From Candidatus Marinacidobacterales bacterium (lineage in GTDB: Bacteria > Acidobacteriota > Vicinamibacteria > Marinacidobacterales > DATDRI01): 64,000 nt of DNA. The translations under genes were made by a program, and so were the position numbers. This document shows, in pieces, positions 48,451 through 58,709 of the stretch (the first letter of the stretch is position 1; the number at the start of each line of letters is the position of its first letter). The notes under the pieces were generated by a model. It saw only the letters and a program-made list of their open reading frames with translations. It was not told where the DNA came from and did no database searches. The stretch covers positions 224,001-288,000 of the forward strand of contig OZ245365.1 in assembly GCA_965226495.1 (NCBI GenBank). The letters are read 5' to 3'.

Positions 48451-50007
48451 ATGACCCAACCTTTCGTTAACGAACCTTTGACCGACTTCAGCCGTGATGA
48501 CGACCACAAGGCCATGCTCGAGGCCCTGGCTTACGTCAAGCACGGAACGGGTGCCGAGTACGATCTCACCGTCGGGGGAGAGCGGCTGCGAACCGATGAC
48601 AAGCTGCGCTCCACCAATCCGGCCCGCCCTAACGAAGTAGTAGGGATCTTTCAGCGAGCCTCTTTGGAGATCGCATCGAAGGCGGTCGATGTTGCCCACG
48701 AGACGTTCCAGACCTGGCGGCACACCAGAGCGACCGAACGTTCCCGGTATCTGTTCGATGCTGCCAACGCTATGCGGAGACGTAGGCATGAGCTGTCGGC
48801 GTGGATGGTGCTGGAAGCGGGAAAGAGTTGGGTCGAGGCCGATGCCGACACCGCGGAGGCCATCGACTTCCTCGAATTCTACGCCCGGGAGAATCTACGC
48901 CTCGCTCAACCGCAGCCTTTGGTGGAGATCCCTTCCGAGGCCAGCGAGCTTCACTACATTCCGCTCGGCGTTGTGGTCGTCATTCCACCATGGAACTTTC
49001 CGCTAGCCATCCTCGCCGGCATGACCAGCGCCGCTATCGTGGCCGGCAACACCGTCGTCTTGAAGCCCTCTTCGGACTCGCCCACCATCGGTCGGAAATT
49101 CTTTGAAATCATGGAAGAGGTGGGCTTGCCGGAAGGAGTCTTGAATTTTGTCACCGGCTCCGGGGCCACTGTGGGCGACACCCTCGTCACCCATCCCAAG
49201 ACCCGAATGATTGCTTTCACCGGTTCCAAGGAGGTTGGACTCGGGATCAACGAGAAGGCGGCCCGCGTCACGCCCGGTCAGATCTGGATCCGGCGCGTCA
49301 TTGTCGAGATGGGTGGCAAAGACGCCATCATCGTGGATCGGGATGCCGACCTCGACGCGGCGGTGGAGGGCGTGGCGTCCTCCGCCTTCGGCTATCAGGG
49401 GCAGAAATGCTCCGCTTGTTCTCGCGTCGTTATCGACGAAAAACTCTACGATACATTCCTCGAGAAACTGACGGAACGAACGGAAAAACTCCAGATCGGT
49501 CCAACCGACGACCCCCGTCACACCTTCGGACCGGTCATCAACCGTTCGGCGATGCAGTCCATCCTGGGGTACATCGAAAAAGGTGTTTCGGAAGGCGGAC
49601 GCTTGCTGACCGGCGGTGGTGTAATACCCGCCGCCGAAGGGTATTTCATTCGCCCGACGATCATCGCCGATGTGGATCCAAAGGGGACCATCGCGCAAGA
49701 GGAAATTTTTGGGCCGGTGCTCGCGGCTCACAAGGCCAAGGACTTTGACGAGGCTCTCAAACTCGTCAACGACACCGAGTACGGGCTCACCGGTGCGGTT
49801 TATACCGGAAGCCGAGACAAGATCGACCTAGCGAAGAAACACTTCCACGTAGGCAATCTCTATTTCAACCGGAAGTGCACGGGGGCAATGGTTGGTGCCC
49901 ATCCCTTCGGGGGATTCAACATGTCGGGCACCGATTCTAAGGCCGGTGGCCGAGATTACCTGTTGCTCTTCACGCAGGCAAAGTCACTGTCCGAGAAGAT
50001 TCGATAA
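48451..50007 (+). CDS. pruA: L-glutamate gamma-semialdehyde (P5C) dehydrogenase
   Basis: FVNEPLTDF, EADADTAEAIDFLEFY, PWNFP, EMGGK, GQKCSACSR, EEIFGPV, GTDSKAGG. Confidence 0.93.
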   Translation: MTQPFVNEPLTDFSRDDDHKAMLEALAYVKHGTGAEYDLTVGGERLRTDDKLRSTNPARPNEVVGIFQRASLEIASKAVDVAHETFQTWRHTRATERSRYLFDAANAMRRRRHELSAWMVLEAGKSWVEADADTAEAIDFLEFYARENLRLAQPQPLVEIPSEASELHYIPLGVVVVIPPWNFPLAILAGMTSAAIVAGNTVVLKPSSDSPTIGRKFFEIMEEVGLPEGVLNFVTGSGATVGDTLVTHPKTRMIAFTGSKEVGLGINEKAARVTPGQIWIRRVIVEMGGKDAIIVDRDADLDAAVEGVASSAFGYQGQKCSACSRVVIDEKLYDTFLEKLTERTEKLQIGPTDDPRHTFGPVINRSAMQSILGYIEKGVSEGGRLLTGGGVIPAAEGYFIRPTIIADVDPKGTIAQEEIFGPVLAAHKAKDFDEALKLVNDTEYGLTGAVYTGSRDKIDLAKKHFHVGNLYFNRKCTGAMVGAHPFGGFNMSGTDSKAGGRDYLLLFTQAKSLSEKIR

Positions 50008-50129
50008 TTTGGTGCCGTTCCTCCTCCGTTTCCTCTCCCCTTTGGGGAGAGTTGGCCGTCAAAACACGTTGTGCCAACGAACAAAGTGGCCAGACGGCGG
50101 TGAGGGGGCCAGGGCGCCGTAGTTCTTTA

Positions 50130-50981
50130 CTACGGTGTACTCTCGCCGAACAAGACGTTTTCCTCGCCGAGCTCCTTAATTTTCTTTTCCATCTGCTCGA
50201 CTAGTTTGTCTCGTCGCGCGATGATGGCCTTGATCTGCCCACCCATCAAGATGCTATCGAGCTTAGCATCTAGCTGCTCCTTGTCGAGGGCCTGCAACTT
50301 CGCCATTAGCTGTCGATCGTATTGGGAGGGAAGTTTGTTGTCCTTGCCGATTTTTTTCTTGCTCAGAAAAGCCCGGGAGTGGTCGATGAGGATGACGTCG
50401 TGCTCGGGGTCAACCAGGAAGTTACGGGCATTGCGGTCCTCGTTCAGTATCAGGTTGTCGAATATCTTCATGCGGGAGAGCTGGTGGCTCCAGTCCTCGG
50501 TGGCAGGAACGATATTCATGACGTCTCCGTAGAGCCTGCAGTCATCGACCCAGAGTTGAAGAGAACCGTTCTTCTTGTTGATCTTTCTGATGATGGTTGG
50601 AGGGACCATGTTGAGCCCCACCATCTTATCTAGCTCGTACGCGGCGACCTCGGCCTCGTAGCTCTCCCAGAACCCGCCGGCTCGGCCTCGCTTGATGGGT
50701 TTGAAGACTGCCTTGAACTCCATGTCTCCCTTCTTGAGTATTGCGGAACTTGGTTTGGTGACACCGACGCCGATGTCTTCGATGGAAACCACCTCAGCCG
50801 TCCTGAGGAGCTCCTCGAACTCCGCCTCGCGCCCCACCCAAATTTTGACCGTGCACTGTTTCGCGCCCTGTGCCTGCGGCTGAGCTACTGCCGGCGCGCT
50901 GTCGGTGGCGGCCTCCTGAGCCTGGCCGGCGGCGACACTGGACAGTACGAAGGGAAGCAACAAAAGATACTGTCTACTCAT
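50130..50981 (-). CDS. Secreted atypical kinase (PI3K/PI4K/HipA-like fold)
   Basis: Signal peptide MSRQYLLLLPFVLSSVAAGQA-QE; AVFKP, EVAAYELD, MVPPT, GSLQLW, NEDRNARN, LIDHSRAF; ATGA overlap with the upstream phosphatase. Confidence 0.8.
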   Translation of the reverse strand: MSRQYLLLLPFVLSSVAAGQAQEAATDSAPAVAQPQAQGAKQCTVKIWVGREAEFEELLRTAEVVSIEDIGVGVTKPSSAILKKGDMEFKAVFKPIKRGRAGGFWESYEAEVAAYELDKMVGLNMVPPTIIRKINKKNGSLQLWVDDCRLYGDVMNIVPATEDWSHQLSRMKIFDNLILNEDRNARNFLVDPEHDVILIDHSRAFLSKKKIGKDNKLPSQYDRQLMAKLQALDKEQLDAKLDSILMGGQIKAIIARRDKLVEQMEKKIKELGEENVLFGESTP

Positions 50982-52699
50982 GGTTTGACCTCCTGTCTTG
51001 GTAAATCCACCGCATCAGTCAATTTCTGAAGCTGTTGCCGGGCACCGTCGCCGGCAGCTGGATCGGATTGCACCGCGAGCTCGAAGGCTTCTCGGGCCTT
51101 GGTGGTATCGCCCAAGCCGAGATAGGCGAGCCCCAGGTGGTAATAGGCTTCGTAGCTCGGGTTGCCTTTCTCGATGCTTTTTTCCAGACTGTCGATCGCT
51201 TGGGGGTACTGACGAAGAATGACCTGAAGGCGTCCGTAGGTCAGAAGAAAAGAGGGGTTGTCGGGTTGTTCGCTGAGTGCCTGCCGGATCATGTCCTCGG
51301 CAGAATTCAGAGCCAAGTTGTGATCTAAGGAGAAACGGGCCAGTAGGTTCTTGAGATGCGGATTGTCGGGTGTCCGTTCGACGACTGTCTTGAGACCGTC
51401 CAGATAGATCAGGTACTGTTCGCGCGCCTCCTCACTCATTCCGAGGTCACGGTAGATATCCCCCAGTGTCTGGTTGTACCGGAAGGGGATCGGCTTGGGT
51501 ATCCGCAAGAGCTGCTCCAAAGCCAGCCTGGCATTCGGGAGGTCGGCCTTGGCTTGGTACTCTTCCCAGAGCTTCACATGGACGGTCACGTTGTCCTTAT
51601 CCACAGCCGCTACTTCTTCTATGTAGGCGGCCAAGTTCGTCTCATCCAGGTACTCGGGAAGCTTCACCTTTCCGCCGGGATGAATGGCGCTCAACGTGTC
51701 GCCCTCGATCTCCAGCGCCACCTGGTGGCCCCCTTCGTAGAGCTCGAGCATGCCGGTGTCGATGCTGATGTGTTTGCTGCCGAAGCGCGGCTCGATGACG
51801 CCTTGGGTCACGGTATGTCCCACGACCATGCGCTCCGCGTCCAGGTTGGCAAGAATCTGGTCCACCTCTTCCTTATGCGCATCCTGCTGCTTGCGGCTGA
51901 GTGGGACCTCTGAGAGCCCGCGATATTGTAGAGGCGACTTCAAGTGAAAGGTTAGCCCCTCCTCGAGGGGCGCCTTGCCGCTCAACTCCTTCTCGACTTC
52001 CTCATTCACCTTCTCGATGCCGAGCGCCGAGACCTCCTCGCTCCAATCGCCGTGCGTGAAGACGATACCGTTCAAACGAACTGCCACAGGGTTTCCGCGT
52101 ATCCACTTGCCATATTGACCACTCTTTGCGAACGCCGCGCGGTGGCCGAAGTAGCCGTGAGGGTATTTTTGAAGAAATATTTCCTGGGTCTCTTCCTTCG
52201 AAGGGATGATCCGGTTCGCTGATCTTGCCTCTTTGAGGTGTTCGTCATAGTAGATCTTAAAGGCGCGTTCCCACGTTTTCTCTGACTTCACATCGGAGAA
52301 GGTCTCGTATATCTCCGGTGTGATGTAGTCGGTGATCCCGACCATGTTGAAGGCTTCGTGGTTGCCGATGAGGACATGGACGCGGCCACCCGCCTTCTTG
52401 GCTTTCTTCTGGAGCTCCATGTAGAAGTCCAAACTCTTACGCGAGTCGGCGCCTCTATCGATCACGTCACCGACTTGAACCAAATGAGCCTCGCCACCGA
52501 TCCAATTGAGCTCGTCGTCGATCAGCTTGGCGTTCTTGAGCACGGTAAGAAGACTTTCGTACGCCCCGTGCACATCGCCTACCGCCACGATGCGCGGAAC
52601 GCCCGTCCAATCGTAGCGGAGCCGAGCCGCATCGGCAGGGACGTCGGCGGGCCCGACGGTGAACGCGGTCAGCAGGGCCAAAATGGCGAGTTTTTTCAC
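50978..52699 (-). CDS. Secreted calcineurin-like (Shewanella-like PPP) metallophosphoesterase with C-terminal TPRs
   Basis: Probable GTG start giving MKKLAILALLTAFTVG...ADA; GDVHG, GDVIDRG, GNHE, HG, GHT and IDTG motifs; TPR repeats at the C-terminus. Confidence 0.88.
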   Translation of the reverse strand: MKKLAILALLTAFTVGPADVPADAARLRYDWTGVPRIVAVGDVHGAYESLLTVLKNAKLIDDELNWIGGEAHLVQVGDVIDRGADSRKSLDFYMELQKKAKKAGGRVHVLIGNHEAFNMVGITDYITPEIYETFSDVKSEKTWERAFKIYYDEHLKEARSANRIIPSKEETQEIFLQKYPHGYFGHRAAFAKSGQYGKWIRGNPVAVRLNGIVFTHGDWSEEVSALGIEKVNEEVEKELSGKAPLEEGLTFHLKSPLQYRGLSEVPLSRKQQDAHKEEVDQILANLDAERMVVGHTVTQGVIEPRFGSKHISIDTGMLELYEGGHQVALEIEGDTLSAIHPGGKVKLPEYLDETNLAAYIEEVAAVDKDNVTVHVKLWEEYQAKADLPNARLALEQLLRIPKPIPFRYNQTLGDIYRDLGMSEEAREQYLIYLDGLKTVVERTPDNPHLKNLLARFSLDHNLALNSAEDMIRQALSEQPDNPSFLLTYGRLQVILRQYPQAIDSLEKSIEKGNPSYEAYYHLGLAYLGLGDTTKAREAFELAVQSDPAAGDGARQQLQKLTDAVDLPRQEVKP

Positions 52700-52812
52700 A
52701 ATGGTGCTCAGTGCGCTCTCCGGCCTTCGCTGGCCCACCGTAGGCCAACCAAGCTAGCTTCGGCCAGGTCCCGCCGAAGTCGATCAGTACATCGACTGAC
52801 GGAGGCGGACCC

Positions 52813-52862
52813 CCCCACGCCTCATGCTCCGTCGACTGGCGACTCCGCATGGGCTCAAGGCT
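52813..52862 (-). repeat. Dispersed palindromic element, copy 2
   Basis: Reverse complement of 42881-42930. Confidence 0.9.
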
Positions 52863-52893
52863 GTGATCGCGCGCTTGCCGCCTCGATAGCACC

Positions 52894-53808
52894 CTAGCTG
52901 CTTGTACGAGGCTCAGACTGGAACAACGAGCTGAACAATCCCTGCAGCAGATCCACGTGATCTGCCAATACTTCGAACAACCGTTCCCGCTCGATACGGA
53001 GAGCCAAGCCTTCCCTCACCACATTGCCGCGCCAACCGAAGGGCGTTCCGGCGAGGGTTTCGTCGATGCCCAGCGCGTCGCCGGCCTTGACCATGAAGGC
53101 ACCCCCGCCGGTGTCTTCGGGAGGCTCGATCGATAGCTCCCCAGAGAGGATGATGTGGATCGCGGGTTGATCTCCCTCGCCGAAAATACGCTCACCTTTA
53201 AGGAGTGGTAACTCTTGGGCGATGGCGGTGAGGGCAAGTAGCTCCTCAGCCGTCGTTCTGGAAAAAACGGGTAGCTCTTGGAGTAGGAGCACTTTCTCTA
53301 TGGGTTTCAACTCCTCACCAACTCCCGTGACTAGGGACCTTTCTTCCGGGTGAACCGCGCGCTGACGGAGGCTCGGCCTTGCGTTGCCCGAAGGAGCGCT
53401 AAGCAACATCCGGAAGAGGCCCTGAGCCAGCTCGATGTTGTCCGACAAGAGGACACGAAACTCTTCGCTGGCGATGGCAAGGCAAATGGATGTTTCGACG
53501 GCAAGCGCGGTTTCTCGTAGGGGGGCGCCTTCCAGTACCTCCCGGAAACCGAACAGCGTCGGCGGACCCACTTCTTCTGCCTCCCGATGTTTACCCGAGA
53601 CGCGGATCTTGCCCTCGACCAAGACCTGGATGTACTCCACGGTTGCGCCTTCTTCTTGAATCGTGCGGCCCTCTTCGTGGCGCACCTGGCGGGCAATAGA
53701 TGAAATGCGAAAGAGCTCGTCGACGCCGACGAAGCTGAAGAGGGGGATCTGTCTCAGATTGTCGGCCAGCACGACGGCGGGAACCGGAGGAAGTAGCTCA
53801 AACTGCAT
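52894..53808 (-). CDS. Tandem cyclic-nucleotide-binding domain protein
   Basis: Two Crp-like domains (LRQIPLF...EEG...GK; LQELPVF...GERIFGEGD...SGEL); AGGAG RBS overlapping the end of the NTT gene. Confidence 0.88.
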   Translation of the reverse strand: MQFELLPPVPAVVLADNLRQIPLFSFVGVDELFRISSIARQVRHEEGRTIQEEGATVEYIQVLVEGKIRVSGKHREAEEVGPPTLFGFREVLEGAPLRETALAVETSICLAIASEEFRVLLSDNIELAQGLFRMLLSAPSGNARPSLRQRAVHPEERSLVTGVGEELKPIEKVLLLQELPVFSRTTAEELLALTAIAQELPLLKGERIFGEGDQPAIHIILSGELSIEPPEDTGGGAFMVKAGDALGIDETLAGTPFGWRGNVVREGLALRIERERLFEVLADHVDLLQGLFSSLFQSEPRTSS

Positions 53809-56602
53809 GGGGCCTCTCCTCTCCTAACCGATGGGCAGCCAGGGCGAAAGAGGCCGCTTCGAAAACAACGAAATCCTTGACATCGCGGAAAGCCAGGACT
53901 TCCTCGATGTCGTCCGCGAGAGACCAAAGCTTCCGTTCCCGAACCAGGTCGATGGCGGTGGCAGCCACCACCGGGTCGTCGTCGTAGATGAGTCGGGTTA
54001 ATGTTTCCTCTATACTGCGCACTCGGGTCTTCAAGAAGACGTTTCCCTTGCGTACTTTCTCCTCGAGCGGCAGCTCTTCGATGATGGGCATGAGTCGCTT
54101 CCTGAGGTCCCTGCTGAGCATGTTGTCGAGATACTCGGTGGCGCTGGCGCGGGAACGAGCTTCTCCGTGCTCGATCGTCCAACGTGCTGCCACCATGTCT
54201 TTCCACGGGTAAATCAGTCCCAAAAGCCCGTAGATGCGGTCCATCGCCCGTCGCGTCTTCTCCTCGACCGCACGGCCGACGAGCGAATCCGTGGACAGGC
54301 CCTCTTTTTCGAAGAGATTGTAGTGGATCCCCAAATAACGATAGTAGCGAAGGGCGTCCCGAAGGGCGAGTTTCTCCACCGGTTCGGCGTTGACCGTGAG
54401 CTCGGTGTGCTCCCGGCGCAACCTCCCTAGAGCGGTCACCGCCTTGTAGCGAATGAAGCCGTCGTCGTCCTCGAGTGCCTTGAGAAGGATGTCGATCGAC
54501 TTCTGTGATGGAATGAGGGCGAGGGTCCCCGGGATGTGACGCCGGACCCACAGGTTCTCATCGGGGTCGCTCAAGAAATAGGCGAGAGTGTCAAGCACCC
54601 CCTCTCCGTAACTGACCAGTACCTGCCGGGCGCTGTTCTTGAGCTGCCGATGACGCAAAAGCGATACCAACGAAGGCACGAACATATAGTCCGAGGTGCC
54701 GAAACGACTCACGCTCTCTATCGCTTCCTTAGCGACGTCGGTATGGGAATCGTACATTAGCGGGATCAGAAGACTCCGGAACACCGGATCCTTGATCTGG
54801 GGGATCGCGCGTGCGACCTGGCGGCGGCCCCCGGCCGCTCCGTCGCGCGTGTCGGAAGCGAGTCTTCTAAGGGCGCTCTCTGCAGAGTCCACGTCCTCGC
54901 TCCGCTCGCTTCCTCCCAGCGCCACCGCGGCGGCAGAGACTATGCGAGGATCGGAGTCGTCTAAATAGGGCCGCATCAGTTCGGTGATCTTCTCACTCCG
55001 GATAGCGGCCAGGGCGGACACGGCCGCGGCACGCACGTCGGGGCTTTCGTCCTTCAGCGCTCGCTCGACGGAGGGAGCCCAACGCTCCATCAGGTCGGGT
55101 CGTGCCGACTCCATGGCGGTCAGGGCGCGCGACCGCACGTCGGGCGAGGCATGATGGAGCAAGAGCGGCGTGATGAGGTTCCGCTTGTCGAGCGAGTCGA
55201 GTAGATCGATTGCGTAGAGAACGCGGTGCTCCTCGGGACTGCCGAGCTCTTCGACCAGAGCCTCTACGGTCGCCGCGTCGCCCAGCTGAGGCCTCATGCC
55301 CACCGGTTCGAGCTCCAAGTGCTCGATGCTCCTGCGGAAGCTTGCGGTGTACTCTTTCCTCGCCCTTCGTGCGAGAAACAGCCACAGAACACAAAAAGTC
55401 AGACTAAGAAAACTGAGCTGCACCCAGGTCGCACCGAATACTTTGATGGAGAGCAAGAGCAGCAGCGAGCCAATCCCTTTGCCTATGAACCGGTCGGCGG
55501 TGACGTCTACGAAGGCCTTGGCCTTTAGTTTGATCTCCTTAGGGAGAGGTTGAAAGAGAACTTCGCGAGTTGTTTTGTCTAGGCTGTAACGCAGGGAGGT
55601 ATCGGTTATGCGGGCCACCATCGTTGACCATAGAACGGGGTTGAACAAGATGAGTAGGGCGGTGGCGCCCAGGCTCATCGGCAAAACCATCAGCGCAAAG
55701 CCGATGCCGAGGAGCCGGTGAATGCGGCTCGTGAAGTAAACCTGGATGACAAAGCTGATTGCCGACAGGTAAAAAGTAATCTGCGCCAGGAAACCGACGA
55801 TACCGTCTTCATTGCTTACGAATTGCTCGGCGGCCATGTTGAGCTGCTGCTCGATGGTCACCGCGCCCAGAGCTGCAAACCCGATCACGAGAGAGATGAG
55901 TCGTAGATGCTTCGACTGACGCAGCATCGCTAGGGCTTCGCCGCCGCCCACGGTCTCCTTGGTGGGCTGATCCGAACCACCCTCTCTTGGTTGAGAGCGC
56001 CGCTGTATCTGAATAACCAGGAAGAAGGACACGACCAAGAGACCTGCACTGAGGAGAATCAGATTCACCGCTCCGACGGACTCCGCTAGTAAAGAAGTGA
56101 GTCCGGCGCCGGTCATGCCTCCCAGGCTGGCGCCCCCGCCAATGAACCCAAAGATTCGTTTTGCCTGGCGAGGATCGTAGATGTCGTTGGCGAGGGTCCA
56201 GAACTGACTGATGAGGAAGATCCCTACAAGCAACCGACCCCAGAAGTAGAAGGCCACGGAAACCCAAGTGCCGCCGGTCTGGAACAGGAACCAAAATGCA
56301 ACCAACGTCCCTACTACTGCGATCTGGGTCCCAGGCAGCACCCAAAGTCGAGGGACCTTGCCGACCAGGCGGCTGTAGAACTGCATGATGAAGCCCATGC
56401 CGACGCCGGCAAAGAGCATGACCCACGGCAGGTTGTCAGCCCCTACGTCGGCAATGAATTTTCCCGTAGCGGAGGGTTTGATGTTGTTGTATGCGGTCAT
56501 AACCAGGAAGGAGTAGATAAACATCATGACCGCGGTGGCGCCCTCACCTTCCCGGAGAGTGAGGATGGGAGAAAGAAGACGACGGATAAGTGAATCAGTC
56601 AT
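53798..56602 (-). CDS. Npt1/TLC-family (NTT) nucleotide transporter fused to HEAT repeats
   Basis: About 12 TMs with AYNNIKP, SQFWTLANDIYDPRQAKRIFGFI, SLRYSLDKTTREVLF and KAKAFVD; HEAT repeats follow. Confidence 0.88.
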   Translation of the reverse strand: MTDSLIRRLLSPILTLREGEGATAVMMFIYSFLVMTAYNNIKPSATGKFIADVGADNLPWVMLFAGVGMGFIMQFYSRLVGKVPRLWVLPGTQIAVVGTLVAFWFLFQTGGTWVSVAFYFWGRLLVGIFLISQFWTLANDIYDPRQAKRIFGFIGGGASLGGMTGAGLTSLLAESVGAVNLILLSAGLLVVSFFLVIQIQRRSQPREGGSDQPTKETVGGGEALAMLRQSKHLRLISLVIGFAALGAVTIEQQLNMAAEQFVSNEDGIVGFLAQITFYLSAISFVIQVYFTSRIHRLLGIGFALMVLPMSLGATALLILFNPVLWSTMVARITDTSLRYSLDKTTREVLFQPLPKEIKLKAKAFVDVTADRFIGKGIGSLLLLLSIKVFGATWVQLSFLSLTFCVLWLFLARRARKEYTASFRRSIEHLELEPVGMRPQLGDAATVEALVEELGSPEEHRVLYAIDLLDSLDKRNLITPLLLHHASPDVRSRALTAMESARPDLMERWAPSVERALKDESPDVRAAAVSALAAIRSEKITELMRPYLDDSDPRIVSAAAVALGGSERSEDVDSAESALRRLASDTRDGAAGGRRQVARAIPQIKDPVFRSLLIPLMYDSHTDVAKEAIESVSRFGTSDYMFVPSLVSLLRHRQLKNSARQVLVSYGEGVLDTLAYFLSDPDENLWVRRHIPGTLALIPSQKSIDILLKALEDDDGFIRYKAVTALGRLRREHTELTVNAEPVEKLALRDALRYYRYLGIHYNLFEKEGLSTDSLVGRAVEEKTRRAMDRIYGLLGLIYPWKDMVAARWTIEHGEARSRASATEYLDNMLSRDLRKRLMPIIEELPLEEKVRKGNVFLKTRVRSIEETLTRLIYDDDPVVAATAIDLVRERKLWSLADDIEEVLAFRDVKDFVVFEAASFALAAHRLGEERPHAV

Positions 56603-56710
56603 AAGGTCTTTCGCTCTCTCAGCTTAGAAGTGCGGTGGATAAACGACCACCGGGAGAGTTATGTTATTTCAGTCTTGCCGTTGCGGCAAGTAAGGTGTTT
56701 GCGGTCGGAT

Positions 56711-57580
56711 TCAGGGCACGCGGAGGCTGGCCCTGGCTCGTTCGACTGATTCCATATACTCAGCGACCCTCTCAGGATCGACCGGATTCTCACCCTGGCC
56801 GTCAACTTTCATGCTAGTCCCAACGATGGTTCCGTCGGCGTAGCCAAGGAAATCCGCGATGTTGTCGGCCGCGGTTCCCGACCCCATGAGAATGGGCCTC
56901 TCTTTAGAGAGTTCTTTGGCTCGTCGCACCTTGTCGAGTGGCGGGGCGTCCCCGGTCATCCGCCCAGATACGATAAGTGCATCGGCTAGGTAGAAATCGG
57001 TCCATTCGATGTGGGTCTCGAGATCCAGGCCGGGGAACGGAACTGAATGCTTCTTGTCGACATCTGCGAATATCTTGATGTGCTCCGCATGCAGATGTTT
57101 CCGCTGGCGGAGCAGGCCGGCCGCACACCCGTGGTCGAGCTCTCCGGTATCCCAAAGCCTAGCGCCGGTCAGGATGCAGATGCGGACGAAACTTGCCCCG
57201 GAGGCTACCGCGATGGAGAGCGTGATTTCTCCGCCGTTGTGGATTACGTTGATGCCGGTGGGCACTTTGGCTGCTTTCACGACCTCACGTGCGGCGACCG
57301 CCTGGGCGGTCATCCCTTCGGGCAGTACTTCTTTCCCCACGAAGTACGGATGGTCCCACATGTTCTCCACGATGAGTCCGTCGACACCGGCTTGTTGGTA
57401 GGTCTCCACATCCCGAAGAGCCCATTCGATGATCGGCTCGATGCCTTGGCCGTCATAGTTGGGAGCACCGGGGAGGGGGGGCAAGTGCACCATGGCGATG
57501 ACGGGTTTTTCCACCCCGAACATATCGCTTAGGTGGGTTAAGCGAAGTGCGTCTTGCTTCTTCTTCCATTCGGGAGTCAA
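56711..57580 (-). CDS. BtpA/SgcQ family TIM-barrel protein
   Basis: AMVHLPPLPGAP, IVENMWDHPY, ADVDKKHS, IVGTSMK; TTG start after AAGGAG, with a TTGA overlap on the PfkB stop. Confidence 0.88.
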   Translation of the reverse strand: MTPEWKKKQDALRLTHLSDMFGVEKPVIAMVHLPPLPGAPNYDGQGIEPIIEWALRDVETYQQAGVDGLIVENMWDHPYFVGKEVLPEGMTAQAVAAREVVKAAKVPTGINVIHNGGEITLSIAVASGASFVRICILTGARLWDTGELDHGCAAGLLRQRKHLHAEHIKIFADVDKKHSVPFPGLDLETHIEWTDFYLADALIVSGRMTGDAPPLDKVRRAKELSKERPILMGSGTAADNIADFLGYADGTIVGTSMKVDGQGENPVDPERVAEYMESVERARASLRVP

Positions 57581-58603
57581 CGGGACGGTCTCCTTTTTCT
57601 CCTGGCTCTTCGCGATAGGAGCTCCATGGTATCGCGAACCGCGGGATAGAAGCGCTGGAGCCTTGGACTGTTCTTCTCGCGCTCGATGATTTTGGCGAGC
57701 TCGGCTCGCGTTACCGCTTTGTGGGAGGATTCCGAGCCTACGACCGCGGCACCCGCGGCGTTTCCCAAGACGGCACAGGCCTCCGGACTTAACATCCGAG
57801 AGCATGCCAAGGATATAGCCGGCGTTGAAGGCGTCGCCGGCGCCGCACGTGTTGATGGCCTTGGACTCGAAGTGCGGTACTCGGAAAGTGGCTTGTTCCG
57901 TATAGACCCGACAGCCGCCGGCCCCGAGGGTCACCGCCACCTGATCTACTCCAAGCTCCCGGGCCTTACTCGCCGCGCGACTCAATCGACGCTCGTCGAA
58001 TGCGAGTCTCAGCTCTTGGGCACTCGGCAACGCCAGGGTGACGTGGCGTAAGGCACGGCGGAGCACGTCCGATGCACCGACGGCCGCCTCCCAGCCGAAG
58101 TCGAGCGATGTGGACGCCCCTCGCTTCCGTGCCGTTTCGAGGGCAAGCAACGCAGCCCGTCGCGACTCCTGTTCGATCAACGAATATCCGGAGACATGGA
58201 GGTGCCGAATGCCGTCGAGGGCTTCAACGATTCCTTCCCGCTGCAGCGCCATGTTCGCTCCGCGGACACCGATCAAAGTGCGCTCACCGTTCTCGACCAC
58301 GGGAATGACGCAGATGCCGGTTGGACGGGCGGGGTCTTTTTGAACTCCCCCGGTATGAACGCCGGCGCGGGTTAATTCTTTGAGAAGCGCTTGACCCTCG
58401 GGGTCTTTGCCGACCCGCCCGATGACGCTCGTTGGAACGCGGAGACGCGCCAACACGATGGCCGTATTGGCGGCCGAGCCCCCGAGAGCCCAGGCGCTGC
58501 CTTGGGCGGGGTTGTCCCGACCGGGTCTTGGAAACGAGCGGAGTCGTATGAAAAGATCACGGTTGATATCGCCAAGGACGGCAGCCTGCGGGCGTTTCGC
58601 CAA
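57577..58603 (-). CDS. PfkB-family carbohydrate kinase, frameshifted near 57795
   Basis: GGSAANTA, GRVGKDPEG, TLGAGG, NTCGAGDAFNAG; the C-terminal GNAAGAAVV lies in the frame of ORF 57577-57810. Confidence 0.85.
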
Positions 58604-58709
58604 AGTGATCGCTCGTCTTCAAGGGCGTCAATCAACGAGGTCGGTAACCTCGAACTCGTTAGACGAACCCACCATAGCATAGCATCGGCGGCCTCCCCTG
58701 AGCCGGTTC

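Noticed and set aside
53798-53830. Possible frameshift splitting an NTT-HEAT-cNMP fusion
   Set aside because: The cNMP ORF has a strong AGGAG-rich RBS and an ATG overlapping the NTT end, so I treat them as two genes, although fused homologs may exist.
56711-58603. Apparent 630-aa PfkB-BtpA fusion in the ORF track
   Set aside because: It results from a +1 frameshift near 57795. The true PfkB C-terminus is in another frame, and BtpA has its own RBS and TTG start overlapping the PfkB stop.
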